64,000 bases of DNA from Octopus sinensis (GCF_006345805.1 NC_043018.1:25854001-25918000), one strand, 5' to 3'. Positions 12,803-27,927 are shown, counted from the stretch's first letter. Made by a program: numbers and translations. Notes: a model not told the origin generated them from the sequence alone.

Positions 12803-13137
12803 AAAAATAATGTCAGTAAGCAGATCTATTGTTGAAGTATTACAGGAAATCCGATGTAAAAGATGATAGAAGGTGTTAGGTCCGTCGTTGAAAATAAAGT
12901 GAGGTAGACATGAGTGGAAGACCTTCAGATTGTATGAGTAAATGAAGGAAAGGGAGAGTAGTATGAGGGTGGACTGAAAAGTTGATAAGCTGATAGTGAA
13001 AGAGTGATGCTAGAGCAATGAAATCTTGCATGCATTCATTTTAACCCTTATTACTAATGGGTTTTTTTTCTTTCTAGCTAAACTGACATCTCACTGTTCA
13101 AAGAACACTTCAAAGTAACTAGTATCGATTTCTCCTG

Positions 13138-13378
13138 AAAATCGACAAAATTTGGTAACGTGGCGTTAGCAAGTACCTGCAGAAAAAGAGGTTTGTCCCC
13201 GAAGGACATTCATGCTGACATGATTGCTACATTAGATGATGGACACTCCAGCTTTATCAACAGTGAAAAACTGGGCAATGGATCTTAGAAGAGGAATGGA
13301 GTGTCTGGAAGATGACCCAAGATCTAGACCTCCGGCAACAGCCACCACTGAGGAAAATCTTGATAATGTTCACCACAA
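13138..13378 (+). pseudogene. Mariner transposase N-terminal HTH fragment (Himar/irritans-like)
   Basis: With frameshifts: KYLQK-KGLSPKDIHADMIATLDD-DTPALSTVKNWAMDLRRGMECLEDDPRSRPPATATTEENLDNVHH. Confidence 0.8.
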
Positions 13379-14210
13379 TCAATGAGAAGGTGGGAGCGGG
13401 AGATTGGGAGTTAGAGTGTTGGAAACAAGTTAAAATACGATAAATGGGTTCTTCAAACTATATCTCATCAGTACAATGAATCTGATATGGAAGCCCATCG
13501 GTACAATGAATCTTATATAGCAGACAGTGGAAGAAGAGTTAAATTTGAACAAGTTATAAAGAAGATAGTTAAAGATGTCTGGTACATTATTAATATTACT
13601 GAAAGTGCAAGTTTATTGGAAGTAAATGAATAGATAATTAAATAAATAAATGAATAAAATTTAACTTTTCATTGGTTTGAGTTGAGCAAATTATAAGATA
13701 TTGGGAGGAAATGAATAAAGTAATAAGTATTATATATTGTAATAAATGATAAAAAAAAAGTAAGTAAATAAAGATTTTGCGTAAAGAAATCTGGTAAGAT
13801 AAGTATATTAATTTAGTTTAACTAGTGTTTCATTATGATAGATATTAAATAAATTATAAGCAAGGAAACGCTTGACGCTAGTTAATAACAGTGCAGCACC
13901 TGAGTGGGTATTATACAAGCTATAAGACTGGTGGGGTTTAGAAGTATGAATAAATGGAGAAGAATGGCGAAAGATATATATGGCAACATAACGTGGCAGT
14001 CTTATAAAGGACGATGTTACTGTTGTTTTAGCACCAGGAAAACATCTTTTCCAGGCCCTTATAGGACTATCACATTCTGTTCGCATATAAACTTTGGTAT
14101 TTGGTACTGTTTTTGTATATCGCTCGCTCAGAGATTTAAAACAAATTGTTTTTCGTAGAGGGGGAAAAATCTGTGAAAAACAAAATCTATGAAGGAATAA
14201 ATAAATGAAA

Positions 14211-14428
14211 TACGAGGGGGTGCTGAAAAGCATCTAACTTTAAGGGTGTCACGAAAGGCCTGCTTGGAGGCCCTACGTTCCGAGTTCTTTTATAGGGCTT
14301 ATAAAAACTAAAGTACCGTGGCCAATAAGTGTGTGAATCTGAGAGGGGAATATGTCGAATAGAATCATAACTAACTGATCTTGTATTTTCTCTTACCCAA
14401 AGCCAGGAGCATTTCTGCACCCCTCGTA
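14211..14428 (+). mobile_element. Mariner-derived MITE (~218 bp) with TA termini
   Basis: TIRs tacgagggggtgctgaaaag and catttctgcacccctcgta; interior encodes the mariner C-terminal remnant KCVNLRGEYVE*. Confidence 0.8.
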
Positions 14429-15372
14429 GAATAAACGCATATGAAAATAGGCTAATGAGCCAGTTAATTAATGAGATCATGCTATGTTTGAACAACATAT
14501 GAGAGAAAATAAATTGGTTGGTGACTATGCAGGGGTAGTTGTCCCACTGCATCTCGATTTGTGGTAAAATTTGTAAATTTTATAGACTTTATGAACACAA
14601 TGGAAGAATACCTCGTGATGATTTTTTTCATAATTGTGCTAGGTCATTGGACAGTATATGAATAGATTCCTTCAAACATAATCAACAGGAGGGATGCATT
14701 TTTTTTTATCAAGAGCTAGAGTTAATGATCCACTAATTATGTCATGTTGTATAGTTTGTTTTTCCCCTAAGGTAGTGAATGTGTCCTGCCAGAGAAGTTG
14801 AATTACTATGATTTTCGTGAGTAAACGAGTTTAAATACTATGAAAATCCTTACTTAAAATTAACAGAATCTCCAATAGAAAACTTGATGGAACTTTGGGG
14901 GCCTATTTAATACTGAGCACTTATGTACTACTTTAAACCTTTGGCAGTGAGCTTGAAATGGGTATTTTACCCTACCCCCGTTTCGAGGGGTTACAACTGG
15001 AGCTACTTTATTTATTAATCCTTCTACTTAAGATGTTATGTTGAAAATACAAGATGGGCTAAATTAGGTCGATTTTATTTAATCTCCACGTATGTGTTAT
15101 TTCCAATACCATCCCCGCCATTATTATATGTACTTGTGATGGAAGACGCTGGTACTCCTTACCTTTGATTGGCAGTAAATGCAGCCATATTGGCGCGAAA
15201 AATGATGTTATCCCGTTATTGTTGATATCATTGTTCTAATTACAGCACCATTACTATTACCACTACTGTCACTCATACCACCACCACTATTGCAACCAGT
15301 ACTGTTCTCTCTATCAGTGATTCTTAAAAATGTTATCGTCATTTCCATTATCATTAGCACCATTTATAACAA

Positions 15373-15995
15373 GGCGGCGAGCTGGCAGAATCGTTAGCAC
15401 TCTAGACGAAATGCTTAGCGGTATTTCGCCAGTCGAAAGGCGGCAAGCTGGCAGAAATGTTAGCACGCTGGGCGAAATGCTTAGCGGTATTTCGTCTACC
15501 GTTACGTTCTGAGTTCAAATTCCGCCGAGGTCGACTTTGACTTTCATCATTTCGGGGTCGATAAATTAAGTGGCAGTTACGCACTGGGGTCGATATAATC
15601 GACTTAATACCTATGTCTGTCCTTGTTTGTCCCCTCTACGTTTAGCCCCTTGTGGGTAATAAAGAATTAGGTATTTCATCTGCCGTTACGTTCTGAGTTC
15701 AAATTCCGCCGAGGTCGACTTTGCCTTTCATCCTTTCGGGGTCAATAAATTAAGTACCAGTTACGCACTGGGGTCGATGTAATCGACTTAATCCATTTGT
15801 CTGTCCTCTGTGTTTAGCCCCTTGTGGGTAGTAAAGAAATAGGTATTTTGCCCGTCGCTACGTTCTGAGTTCAAATTTCGCCGAGGTCGACTCTACCTTT
15901 CATCCTTTCGGGATCGATAAACTAAGTACCAGGGGTCGATCTAATTGACCAGTCCCCTCTCCAAACTTTCAGGCCTTGTGTTTATACTAGAAAGG

Positions 15996-15996
<1 letters not shown>
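15373..15996 (+). mobile_element. Tandem concatemer of SINE family B units
   Basis: Truncated head, one full unit, then two headless units joined at aaagaa(t/a)taggtattt; the last unit has tail type 2 followed by (ATT)n. Confidence 0.9.
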
Positions 15997-16049
<53 letters not shown>

Positions 16050-16101
16050 GCCATTATTATTATTTCTTTTATTGCCATTATTATCATTATCATTACTATT
16101 A

Positions 16102-16310
16102 GGGCGGCGAGCTGGTAGAATCGTTGGCTCGCCGGGCAAAATGCTTAACAGTAGTTCGTATGCTTTTACGTTCTGAGTTCTGCGGAGGTCGATTTTTCGT
16201 CTTGTCGGGGTCGATAAAAGAAATACTTGTTGCATAGTGGGGCCGTTGTAATTGACTTACCAACCCCAACCCTCGAAATTGCTGGCCTTGTGCTAAAATT
16301 TGAAACCATT
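16102..16310 (+). mobile_element. SINE family B, degenerate, tail type 2
   Basis: ggcggcgagctggtagaatcg...ggggtcgataaaag...ggccttgtgctaaaatttgaaacc. Confidence 0.75.
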
Positions 16311-16343
16311 ATTATCATCCCTATTATTAGTATTATCACTACA

Positions 16344-16409
<66 letters not shown>

Positions 16410-16415
16410 GTTATT

Positions 16416-16713
16416 GAGTGAGAGAGCAGTTCATGCCATCAAAGTGACACTGGGGTAAAATATACGAAGCCCAATATACCCATCATGACTACCCGTCTGA
16501 CAAGGGTACACCAGGCACATGCATCACAACCATATGTGCGCATATCGTCAGTCACTAAGGGACATGCTCAACTGGTTAAAGTCAAACAACTGACAAGCAA
16601 ATCTGTGGTATTGAGCAGAATATTTGCTGGAGACCATCTTTTATACCAAGACAAAACAATGTACATGATAACACTTCCAATCAGTTAAGATCAGAAGCCA
16701 TGAGAGCCACTGC
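16416..16713 (-). mobile_element. Short retroposon-like insert embedded in (TAA)n repeats
   Basis: Complex ~300-bp sequence bounded by (ATT)n on both sides; the minus strand ends ...ctctctcactc(aat)n. Confidence 0.5.
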
Positions 16714-16916
16714 CTTATTATTATAATTATTACTATTATCATTATTATTATTATTTGATGAGAGGATATAGCTTGTTTTGCTGGGTATGATGGAAAGTGT
16801 CAGCTGTCCACAGCTAGCAGACGAAGGTGACACTTTGTCTTTCGCATGAGGTAGAATATGGAGAACGACTATTTTTTGTCGTAATATTGTCTCAAATGCC
16901 GATACCACCACACACA

Positions 16917-16972
<56 letters not shown>

Positions 16973-17040
16973 CACATACAGAATATATAATATATATTAT
17001 ATATATATACACAAAATATATATATACAGAGATGCATACT

Positions 17041-17073
<33 letters not shown>

Positions 17074-17195
17074 GTGTGGGTGTGTGTGTGTGTGTGTGTG
17101 TGTGTATGTTTATGTATGTATGTACATAGGAAAATGGACAAGTAAACATATAGATAAGTGGATAGATAGGTACATAAGTAATACGGACAGAAAAG

Positions 17196-17832
17196 CATAC
17201 AAACACACACACACATACACCCATACATACATACATACATACAAACATACATACATACATACATACATACATACATGCACACATACATACATACATACAT
17301 ACATGCACACACACACATACATACATACATACATACATACATACATACATACATGCACACACACACATACATACATACATACATACATACATGCACACAC
17401 ACACATACATACATACATACATACATACATACATACACACATACATACATACATACATACATACATACATACACACATACATACATACATACATACATAC
17501 ATACATACATACATACATACAAACATACATACATACATACATACACACATACATACATACATAATACATACATATACATACATACATACATACATACATA
17601 CATACAACATACATACATACATACATACATACACTACAAACATACACATACATACATACAAACATACATACATACATACACACATACATACATACATACA
17701 TACATACATACATACATACACACATACATACATACATACATACACACATACATACATACATACATACATACATACATACATACAAACATACATACATACA
17801 TACATACAAACATACATACATACATACACACA

Positions 17833-17864
<32 letters not shown>

Positions 17865-19038
17865 CATACATACATACATACATACACACATACATACATA
17901 CATACATACATACATACAAACATACATACATACATACATACATACATACACACATACATACATACATACATACACACATACATACATACATACATACACA
18001 TACATACATACATACACACATACATACATACATACACACATACATACATACATACATACATACATACACACATACATACATACATACATACATACATACA
18101 TACATACATACATACATACATACACACATACATACATACATACACACATACATACATACATACATACACACATACATACATACATACACACATACATACA
18201 TACATACACACATACATACATACATACATACATACACACATACATACATACATACATACATACATGCACACACACACATACATACATACATACATACATA
18301 CATACAAACATACATACATACATACATACATACATACATACATACATACATACATACATACATACACACATACATACATACATACATACATACATACATA
18401 CATACACACATACATACATACATACATACCTACACCATACATACATACATACATACACACATACATACATACATACATACATACACACTACATACATACA
18501 TACATCATACATACACACATACATACATACATACATACATACATACATACATACATACATACATACATACACACATACATACATACATACACACATACAT
18601 ACATACATACATACACACATACATACATACATACACACATACATACATACATACACACATACATACATACATACATACATACATACACACATACATACAT
18701 ACATACATACATACATGCACACACACACATACATACATACATACATACATACATACATACAAACATACATACATACATACATACATACATACATACATAC
18801 ATACATACACACATACATACATACATACATACATACATACATACATACATACATACATACACACATACATACATACATACACACATACATACATACATAC
18901 ATACATACATGCATACATACATACATACATACATACATACATACACACATACATACATACATACATACACACATACATACATACATACACACATACATAC
19001 ATACATACATACATACATACATACATACATACATACAT
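17196..19038. repeat. ~1.85-kb (TACA)n tetranucleotide satellite with CACA/AACA variants
   Basis: Direct reading; source of the 400-675 aa HTYI/MYVC pseudo-ORFs. Confidence 0.98.
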
Positions 19039-19503
19039 AGCTGCACCCTCGTTACACGAGAAAAGCCATTGCCAAAAAGACTTACTTAATGCCAATTGAT
19101 GCACTACTATGACTTTTAAGCCCAGCCAAAGTTTTACACATTTGGTTACGTACTGGATAACTGTACTGACTGGCATTAGAAACGGGTGCCATCATCTGCA
19201 CTCTCTTAACATGTCTTTTCCGACATACATATACACACAGTTCCGGCACTTCAATTAAACATAAACTCCAAGAAATCTTTAATTTTGAGTCCAGCCACTT
19301 TGTAGGCGATGTGCATTTTGATTAGGATGATAAAGCTTATATAATATCAGATATACAATCACACATACATATACACGCATACACACACATATGTATGTAT
19401 ATTCATTCTTGCATAATACAGACGCACATAAAGTTATATAGATAATTTGAACATGCATAAATACATACACTCATAAACACAGATACACGTATACATATAT
19501 ACA

Positions 19504-19537
<34 letters not shown>

Positions 19538-19607
19538 TTTCACACATATGTATGTATACATTCCTACATGCATACATATATGCATATATAGAAAATGCAT
19601 ACGGACA

Positions 19608-19657
<50 letters not shown>

Positions 19658-19667
19658 CACACACACC

Positions 19668-19748
<81 letters not shown>

Positions 19749-20594
19749 TATAATATATATGTATATATATACACATATATATGACCATTCCGAAATATAA
19801 CAATACAATATATATAATACATATTATATACATATATATATATGAATACATCTCATATACATACACACGCACATACATACATAATACACACATAGACAAA
19901 TGCATGCATACATACATACGTACTACATACATACATACATACATACATACAACATACATACATACATACATACATACATACATACATACATACATACATA
20001 CATACATACGTATTGATATGATGGCTCCAACTCGATTTCGAACAAAACCATCATTTGTGTTTTCTTCCAGACATAAGCAGCACGGGGTTTCTCTCCGGCT
20101 AGGGATATAAACTCTTCTGCGCGAACGTGGCAACGATGGGCGCCTCTTGCAACAGGTGTTCAGAAAGCTTAGCACGCTCACTGACAGTTGCTTTCGTTCA
20201 TCATGGAATGTTTCTTTGAAGTTTTTTTTTTTTTATAATTTTATTAAGGGAGCAACGAGCCTTGCGCTGGACCAATCCTGCTCTGCAAGCAACATATGCA
20301 CGTGATACATCGGTGCAACCCATTACATGACTGTCCCGTGGGCGTATAAACCTACCGGAAGGTGGGGGCGGGGCTAAAGTGGAAACTCTGCAGGACGAAA
20401 ACCAAAATTTGTCAAAGGGTCAATGAACTAAGTAGAATCAATGGAATGGACATCCAACTGCTAGGTGTGAGAGGCCCCTAAACTTTGTTTAGATATCTCT
20501 CTAGCGAAGGAAGAATAAATCTCACGTATCACGTGTCTGCATTTGCATCCAAGGATGTGGACTTGTTCTTGTTTTCGGACATCCATCGATCTAT

Positions 20595-20739
20595 CCATAC
20601 ATACATACATATATACATACTACATACATACATACATACATACATACATACATACACATACATACGTGCATACATACAAGCATTCATGCATATAGACCAA
20701 CACATATGCATACACACACACATACATCGATGATTACAA

Positions 20740-20776
<37 letters not shown>

Positions 20777-21580
20777 CACACACGTACATGCATGCACACA
20801 CACACAAATACGTACATATATACAAGCATACATACAAACGTACATACATGCAGACATACATACATACAAACTAACTTATACACATGCACACACATGCAAA
20901 TACACATACAAATATACATAAAGATGTATATTCGTATACACGTATAAACATACATGCGTACACACACATATATACATATAAGCATACATACATACATAGA
21001 AGCATATATACAAAATTGCATACATACATGCACATATACATATACATACATATATACAAACATACACACACACAAACATACACATACATACATTCATACA
21101 TACATATATACATACATGCACACATACATGAATACATTCATACATACATACACACATACATACATACATACATACATACATACATGCATACAAACATACA
21201 TACATATACTCATACATAGAAACATACATATATACATACATGCATACACTAATACATGCATACAAGCATACATACATAAATTCATACATGCATACATACA
21301 AACACACAGATACATACTTACATACATATATACATACATACATGCACATCCACAAACACACACACACATACATACATACATTCATACATGCATACTTTCA
21401 TACATGCATACATTCATACATACATACATACATACATACATACATACATACATACATACATACATACATACATACATTCAACATACATACATACATACAT
21501 ACATAATACATACATACATCATACATTCATACATACATACATACATACATACAGACTACATTCATACATACATACATACA

Positions 21581-21611
<31 letters not shown>

Positions 21612-22260
21612 CATACTACATACATACATACAACATACACACATACATACATACATACATTCTACATACATACATACATACATACATACATACATACATA
21701 CATAACATACATACATACATTCATACATACATACATACATACATACATTCATACATACATACATACATCTAACATACATACATACATACATACATACATT
21801 CATACATACCTACATACACATCATACATACATACATACACACATACATGCAAACATACATACATACATACATACATTCATACATACATACATACATACAT
21901 ACATACATACATTCATACATACATACATACATACATACATACATACATTAATACATACATACATGCATACAAACATACATACATATACAAATACATACAA
22001 ACATACATACATACATACATACAAACATACATACATACATACATGCATACACTAATACATGCATACAAGCTACATACATAAATTCATACATGCATGTGCA
22101 TACAAACACACAGATACATACTTACATACATATATACATACATACATGCACATCCCACACCACAACACATACATACATACATTCATACATGCATACTTTC
22201 ATACATGCATACATTCATACATACATACATGCATACATTCATACATGCATACATACATTC
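20595..22260. repeat. Degenerate (TACA)n/(CA)n tract with an internal duplicated block
   Basis: The block catgcatacactaatacatgcatacaagc...catactttcatacatgc occurs at ~21240-21420 and ~22042-22220. Confidence 0.9.
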
Positions 22261-22791
22261 ACAAAAACGCACAGGGACAATCATTTTTCAAATAGACTTA
22301 CACATACACACGCTCACATTCATACACACACACGCACGGACAGACGGACACAAGACGCGGTCGGATACAAACGCGCGTGCACACACATATACGTGCGCGT
22401 GTGCTGGGTGCCTCTTTGATAATTGTATCCATAGTTTGTAAGGAATTGTGCCAAGGGCATGACCACCACAGCTCATCTTTATTCCCCTTTCATTGATATT
22501 ATAGGAGGTTTTGTTCCCCACCCCACCCCCCAAAACAAAGCGGACAAAACTTACAACAATAACGGCAAATAAAGTTACAGTAAACAATTACAAGGAAAGC
22601 AAAAACAACAACAACGACGAAGGAAACAACAAGAAGAAGAACAACAACAACAACGGATGTTACAATAACAATAACAACAACGAAAAGTTATCGGCAAACA
22701 TTACTAACTACCTCTACTTCAACAATAACAAGCATAACAACAACAACTGCTAATTTTACCAATACAAACTCTACTGCTCTACTACTACTAC

Positions 22792-22830
<39 letters not shown>

Positions 22831-23679
22831 TACTACTACTACTACTACCACTACTACTACTACTACTACTTCTACTTCTACTACTACTACTACTACTACT
22901 ACTACAGCCACAAGAACAACTATAATAGGAAGGCTGCGTTTGCAACGATAACGGTAATAACAAAAGCGGACACGGCGATTACAACAACAACAACAACAAC
23001 TATCATAGCAACAGCAACAACGTCGGCGACGATAACATCAACAGTAGCAACAGCGATAACAATGACGACGATAACAACAGCTAATCGCAACAACAATAAT
23101 AAATAACAGCAACAACAACGACAACGTCAGAAATCAGGCGATAGCAACAACAGCAACAATCACGGCGATGAAACAATATCAACAAAGGGGAAGAAATAGC
23201 AACAACTACAAAAATATGAAAAATAGCAACAAGTTGCGGGGAAAGTGAAAGTAACGTGAACAAACACACGAACAAAACAAACTGAAATTTTTGAACAACA
23301 ATCAATCGATATAATCGATGACTACAAAACAACAACAACAACAAAGAACAACATTATCAGTTAGATCACCATCACCACCATTATAAACAACAACAACAAC
23401 AACAGCAAACAGAGCGTGGATTTATCTGTTGCTTAAACAGTCAACGCATGTCAACGGAATATAGCGGAGTGTAGGAGTGAACCTGCCACCTTTTGGTTTA
23501 ACGACACAGCTTCTAACAACGCAACAACAACAACTGCAACAACACTGTCACAAGCACCACTACCACCACCACCACTACCACTAACAACAACAACAATAAC
23601 AGCCACTGCAATACATACATTAGCTCTCTGCTGTAATGTTGTTCACTACAACACCGCTCCAAACAAGCCTCGGCCAGGT

Positions 23680-24455
23680 CGCTTAAGTTGCTAGAAATAA
23701 CAGCTGAAACTTCTTTAAAAAACTGACAGGTATCGAATGCACGCATTAGTTAATGTAGTCTTTGATGTCCGTAAGAAAACGAGATGGTCACGGCTGGAAT
23801 ATCTTTAAGTATAGGTCCGCTCGATCAGGGTTGATGACTTGGCGGAGTGATTAAACAACAGCATCAGGCAGAGCGAGACAGCTCTGAAAGTGGTCGTTCG
23901 GCTAGCTAAAAATAGCAGCGAAAAATCCCTTACAAATAAAAACAAACAAAACAAAACAAAAACAAGTGAGAGCGGTGAGTGATACTGGACAATGATGATA
24001 TAGAAATCTGAAATATTAAAACAGTCGCGGTAGTCACAGCTGGAGTGTCTTTCTTTGATCGTTGCTCTGCTTGATCAGGATTGACTGGGGGTTTTAAACG
24101 ATATCAGGCGAGAAACGGCAGTTAAAAGAACAGGCGATCATCCATTCACACTATGCAGCGAGGCATTAGCGCCACAACGTGACCGGCGGCACCGGGCTGC
24201 CGGCATTGTGGGAGACAATACTAACGGTAAAAGTACTGAGCGCTGCAATGACCACAAGCTTAACAGGAGCAACACTGGTGCTGTTGTGCTATGTGGTTGC
24301 ATAAATGTGCTAGAAATAGTAGTGAAATGCTCCCTCGCATTATGGCAAGGTGGTTTTTAAATATGGAGCGGATATATTGGCCAAAGTAAGTTTAGATCTA
24401 GACCGACGTGAGACCGAAAGGAAGAGCGGATGATTGGTCACATCTGGAACGTCAA
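23680..24455 (+). mobile_element. Three old copies of a degenerate interspersed repeat (family E; gctagaaatagcagc...ggtcac.gctggaa...gctcgatcagg...taaacaac)
   Basis: Shared motifs at ~23680-23862, ~23890-24100 and ~24300-24455; similar copies at 49545-49725 and ~60630-60740. Confidence 0.55.
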
Positions 24456-24536
24456 TATAGTAAACACTGTGTAAGTTATACACACACACACACACACACA
24501 TACAGGTACATACATATATACATACATACATATATA

Positions 24537-24588
<52 letters not shown>

Positions 24589-24728
24589 GATGATGATGAT
24601 GACACACACACACAGACATACACAGGCATATAATATCAATGCATACGCAGACAGCAGATTATATTATATATATATTTACTTTCACACAAAACCACATACA
24701 TAAATATATTATACATACATATATCATA

Positions 24729-24761
<33 letters not shown>

Positions 24762-25359
24762 ATATATATATAACAATATGCACATGTATAACGCACATGC
24801 ATAACGTGCACGTAATATATATGTTAGTGTATATATATATTGTTGATTGATAGACCATAACCGTGAATATATCTATTTATATAAATAAACACGCAGCCTA
24901 AATCTGCATACACGAGCCGCTTCGAAGAATTGCTCACAGACTGCGTGAGGCAGCGGCAGGTTCCACTCCATCTCTACATCTGCAGCTATTGTGACAAATG
25001 ATGATGATGATGATGATTAGATCAACGAGGTGGATGATAATGATGATAGCTAGGACAACGGCAATAACGATGATTATAACAATGGCCATGATGATAACAG
25101 CACACGTGGAGCTAACCAGGTAAGTTGATGCAGTTTATTTTTTATTTTTTTTTTTGCTATTCTATAAGCATACCGGACTGGCCGATGGAGAAAGTTCGTA
25201 GCATTGTCAAAAAAATGTTGCTGTTATTATTGTTGTTGTTGTTGTTATTGCTGTTGTTGTTTTCGTTGTTTTTGTTGTTGTCTGTCTGATTCATCTGATT
25301 GTTTGAAGTTATGTAATTCGATACAGCTGTGCGTGTACGTAACGTGTATGTATATATAC

Positions 25360-25415
<56 letters not shown>

Positions 25416-25495
25416 CAATTTAGGAGTGACCCTAACAGGTCATTCGTCCATTTTGCTACCAAATGACAATATATATTATATATATATATATATAT

Positions 25496-25608
25496 ATTTA
25501 TTTTATAGAAGAGCTTCTACAGAACTAGAACTTTTCATTCAAATGAAATCATCAGAAGCTTCCTTGAAACAGTTCTAGTTCTGTAGAAGCTCCTTCTATA
25601 AAATAAAT
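25496..25608. repeat. Hairpin with ~36-bp arms and a decayed hammerhead-like core (PLE pLTR remnant)
   Basis: Arms 25496-25531 and 25572-25608; minus strand reads gaagctt-CTGATGA-tttcatttgaat-GAAA-agttctagttct-GTA-gaagctc. Confidence 0.7.
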
Positions 25609-25796
25609 GAATTTACTCTGCTAGGTATGAGTACCTTATTTACTGTGGTTATCCCGACAAACCAGGGACCTACATATATATATAATATATATATATATTA
25701 TATATATATATATACATACATGTATGCATGTATGTATGTATGTATATATATATATATATGTATATATATAATATATACATACATACATGTTATAAT

Positions 25797-25850
25797 GGGG
25801 TGCTCCAGCATGGCCACAGCTCGTGAGCTGAAAGTAGATAAAATGAAAAA
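25797..25850 (+). mobile_element. Isolated 3' tail of the CR1/L2-like LINE or SINE A group
   Basis: ggtgctccagcatggccacagctcgtgagctgaaag followed by an A-rich tail. Confidence 0.7.
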
Positions 25851-26482
25851 AACAAAAATAAAATATATATATATGTATGTATATGTATATATATGTGTGT
25901 GTGTGTGTGTGTGTTTATATGTATTATTCAAAGGAATTCCAACTCTGTGTGTTTTTATGTTTTTTTTTATATTCTTTATAATATTAATGTAGAATATAGA
26001 ATATATAGTATAAATAGTATATATAGTAAAATGAAATGAAGTATTGATTGTCTTATTGAATATCAAATATTAAGGGACTAGTATACTTTCTTGCATTTAA
26101 GCAGTGTTCAAGGTCCCAGGTTGTGACAGGAATGTTGTGGATATAGGTGTGGATGTACGTGCATATAAGTATGTGTGTGTGTGTGCGTGTGTATGTAAGT
26201 ATGTGTGTATATCTATGTATATGTGTATATGTATCTACTTATGTACTTCTACATCGCCTGTTTCTAATATATGTCAACACAGTCAAATAGATGTATGTAT
26301 ATCTATCTCTGTATCTGTCTGTCAATTTATCTATCTATCTATCAATCTATCTCTATCTATCTATCAATCTATCTATCTATCTATCTATTATCAATCTATC
26401 TATCTCAAATCTATCTATCATATCTATCCATCCATCCATCATCATCCATCATCCATCCATCCATCCATCTATCTATCTATCA

Positions 26483-26521
<39 letters not shown>

Positions 26522-26744
26522 TATCTATCTATCTCTCTATATATATGTATATAGAGTCGCATTGAGTCGAACCAGGGAGCTGATGAAGGGAATATTCCTT
26601 GTTTTGTTTGTTTGTACTCTGTTTTTTCGTTGTTAAAGAAGTCCGTTTCCTAGTTTGTTCTTATGTTTTCGTTTCTCGTTGAGTTCTACGTCTATTGTGG
26701 TGTCCTTTAATCATCTATATATATATATATATATATATATATAG

Positions 26745-26775
<31 letters not shown>

Positions 26776-27333
26776 GCATGTATATATACATGTAGATGTA
26801 GGTACGTACATACAAGTATGTATGCATATATTTTATTTATTAAATTATATATATATAAATGTAAGAACTTAATGTGAGATACACACATAGATGTATATAT
26901 ACAGACATATGGAAACGTGCACACGCACACACACGCATATAAATACGTGTGGGGGCATTAGTCTGTTTATGTACTTACGTGTACATGTATATATGTGTAC
27001 GAGTCCGTGTTTGCATGCATAAGGGTGTTTGTGTGTGTATGTACTTGTGATTGTATGCATGTATGTGTATATATATATATATTTAAACTTCAGGTATACA
27101 AAACTATTTTCGTTTTCTATAATAGGTATGCATACATACACCACACGTGTGTGTGTGATTCTTTCTAAAAGGAAAAAGCTAGTAGTGACTTCGAAGTTTG
27201 ATAAGTAAACTTAAATTTGAAAGTTGATGTCAATATTTTGACAGAGACAATTGAGTCATCTTTGTATTTCACGTACGAGTGTTTATTTTTTGACATTATT
27301 ACATAAAGACATACGTAAATATAATAAAATGCA

Positions 27334-27434
<101 letters not shown>

Positions 27435-27472
27435 ATATATATAGTGTGTGTGTATGTATATATATAATATAT

Positions 27473-27765
27473 GGCCCAGTGGTTAGGGCAGCGGACTCGC
27501 GGTCGTAGGATCGCGGTTTCGATTCCCAGACCGGGCGTTGTAAGTGTTTATTGAGAGAAAACACCTAAAAGCTCCACGAGGCTCCGGCAGGGGGTGGTGA
27601 TCGCTGCTGTACTCTTTCACCACTCTTTCCCTCACTCTTTCTTCTGTTGACCTGCTCGCTTAGCCAGCGGGGTGGCGTCATTCGAAGGCTAAAACAATGC
27701 TAATGCATTGTGACCAGCGATGTGTAACTACATCTGATGGACTGGTCGATCACGTGATCACGTGA
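27473..27765 (+). mobile_element. tRNA-derived SINE family D inserted in (TA)n
   Basis: ggcccagtggttagggcagcggactcgcgg...ggtttcgattcccagaccggg (A/B-box-like), unique body, (TA)n on both sides. Confidence 0.8.
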
Positions 27766-27927
27766 TATATATATATATATATATCTATATATACGTGTGT
27801 GTGTGTATATATATATATTTATATATATATACAAGAATACATATATTAATATACGTATGTGCATATATATACATATATATACACACACATGCACAGGTAT
27901 ATTACATACATATACATACATATGTAT

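Noticed and set aside
13808-14233. 141-aa minus-strand ORF
   Set aside because: Starts inside a MITE TIR and has no recognisable motifs.
16869-19176. Long ORFs of 250-675 aa (HTYI/MYVC repeats)
   Set aside because: Stop-free translations of the (TACA)n satellite in multiple frames; no protein complexity.
27473-27545. tRNA gene-like sequences (also at 7117, 11079, 51918)
   Set aside because: A/B-box-like motifs are present but there is no complete cloverleaf, and each runs into a repeated SINE body; treated as SINE heads.
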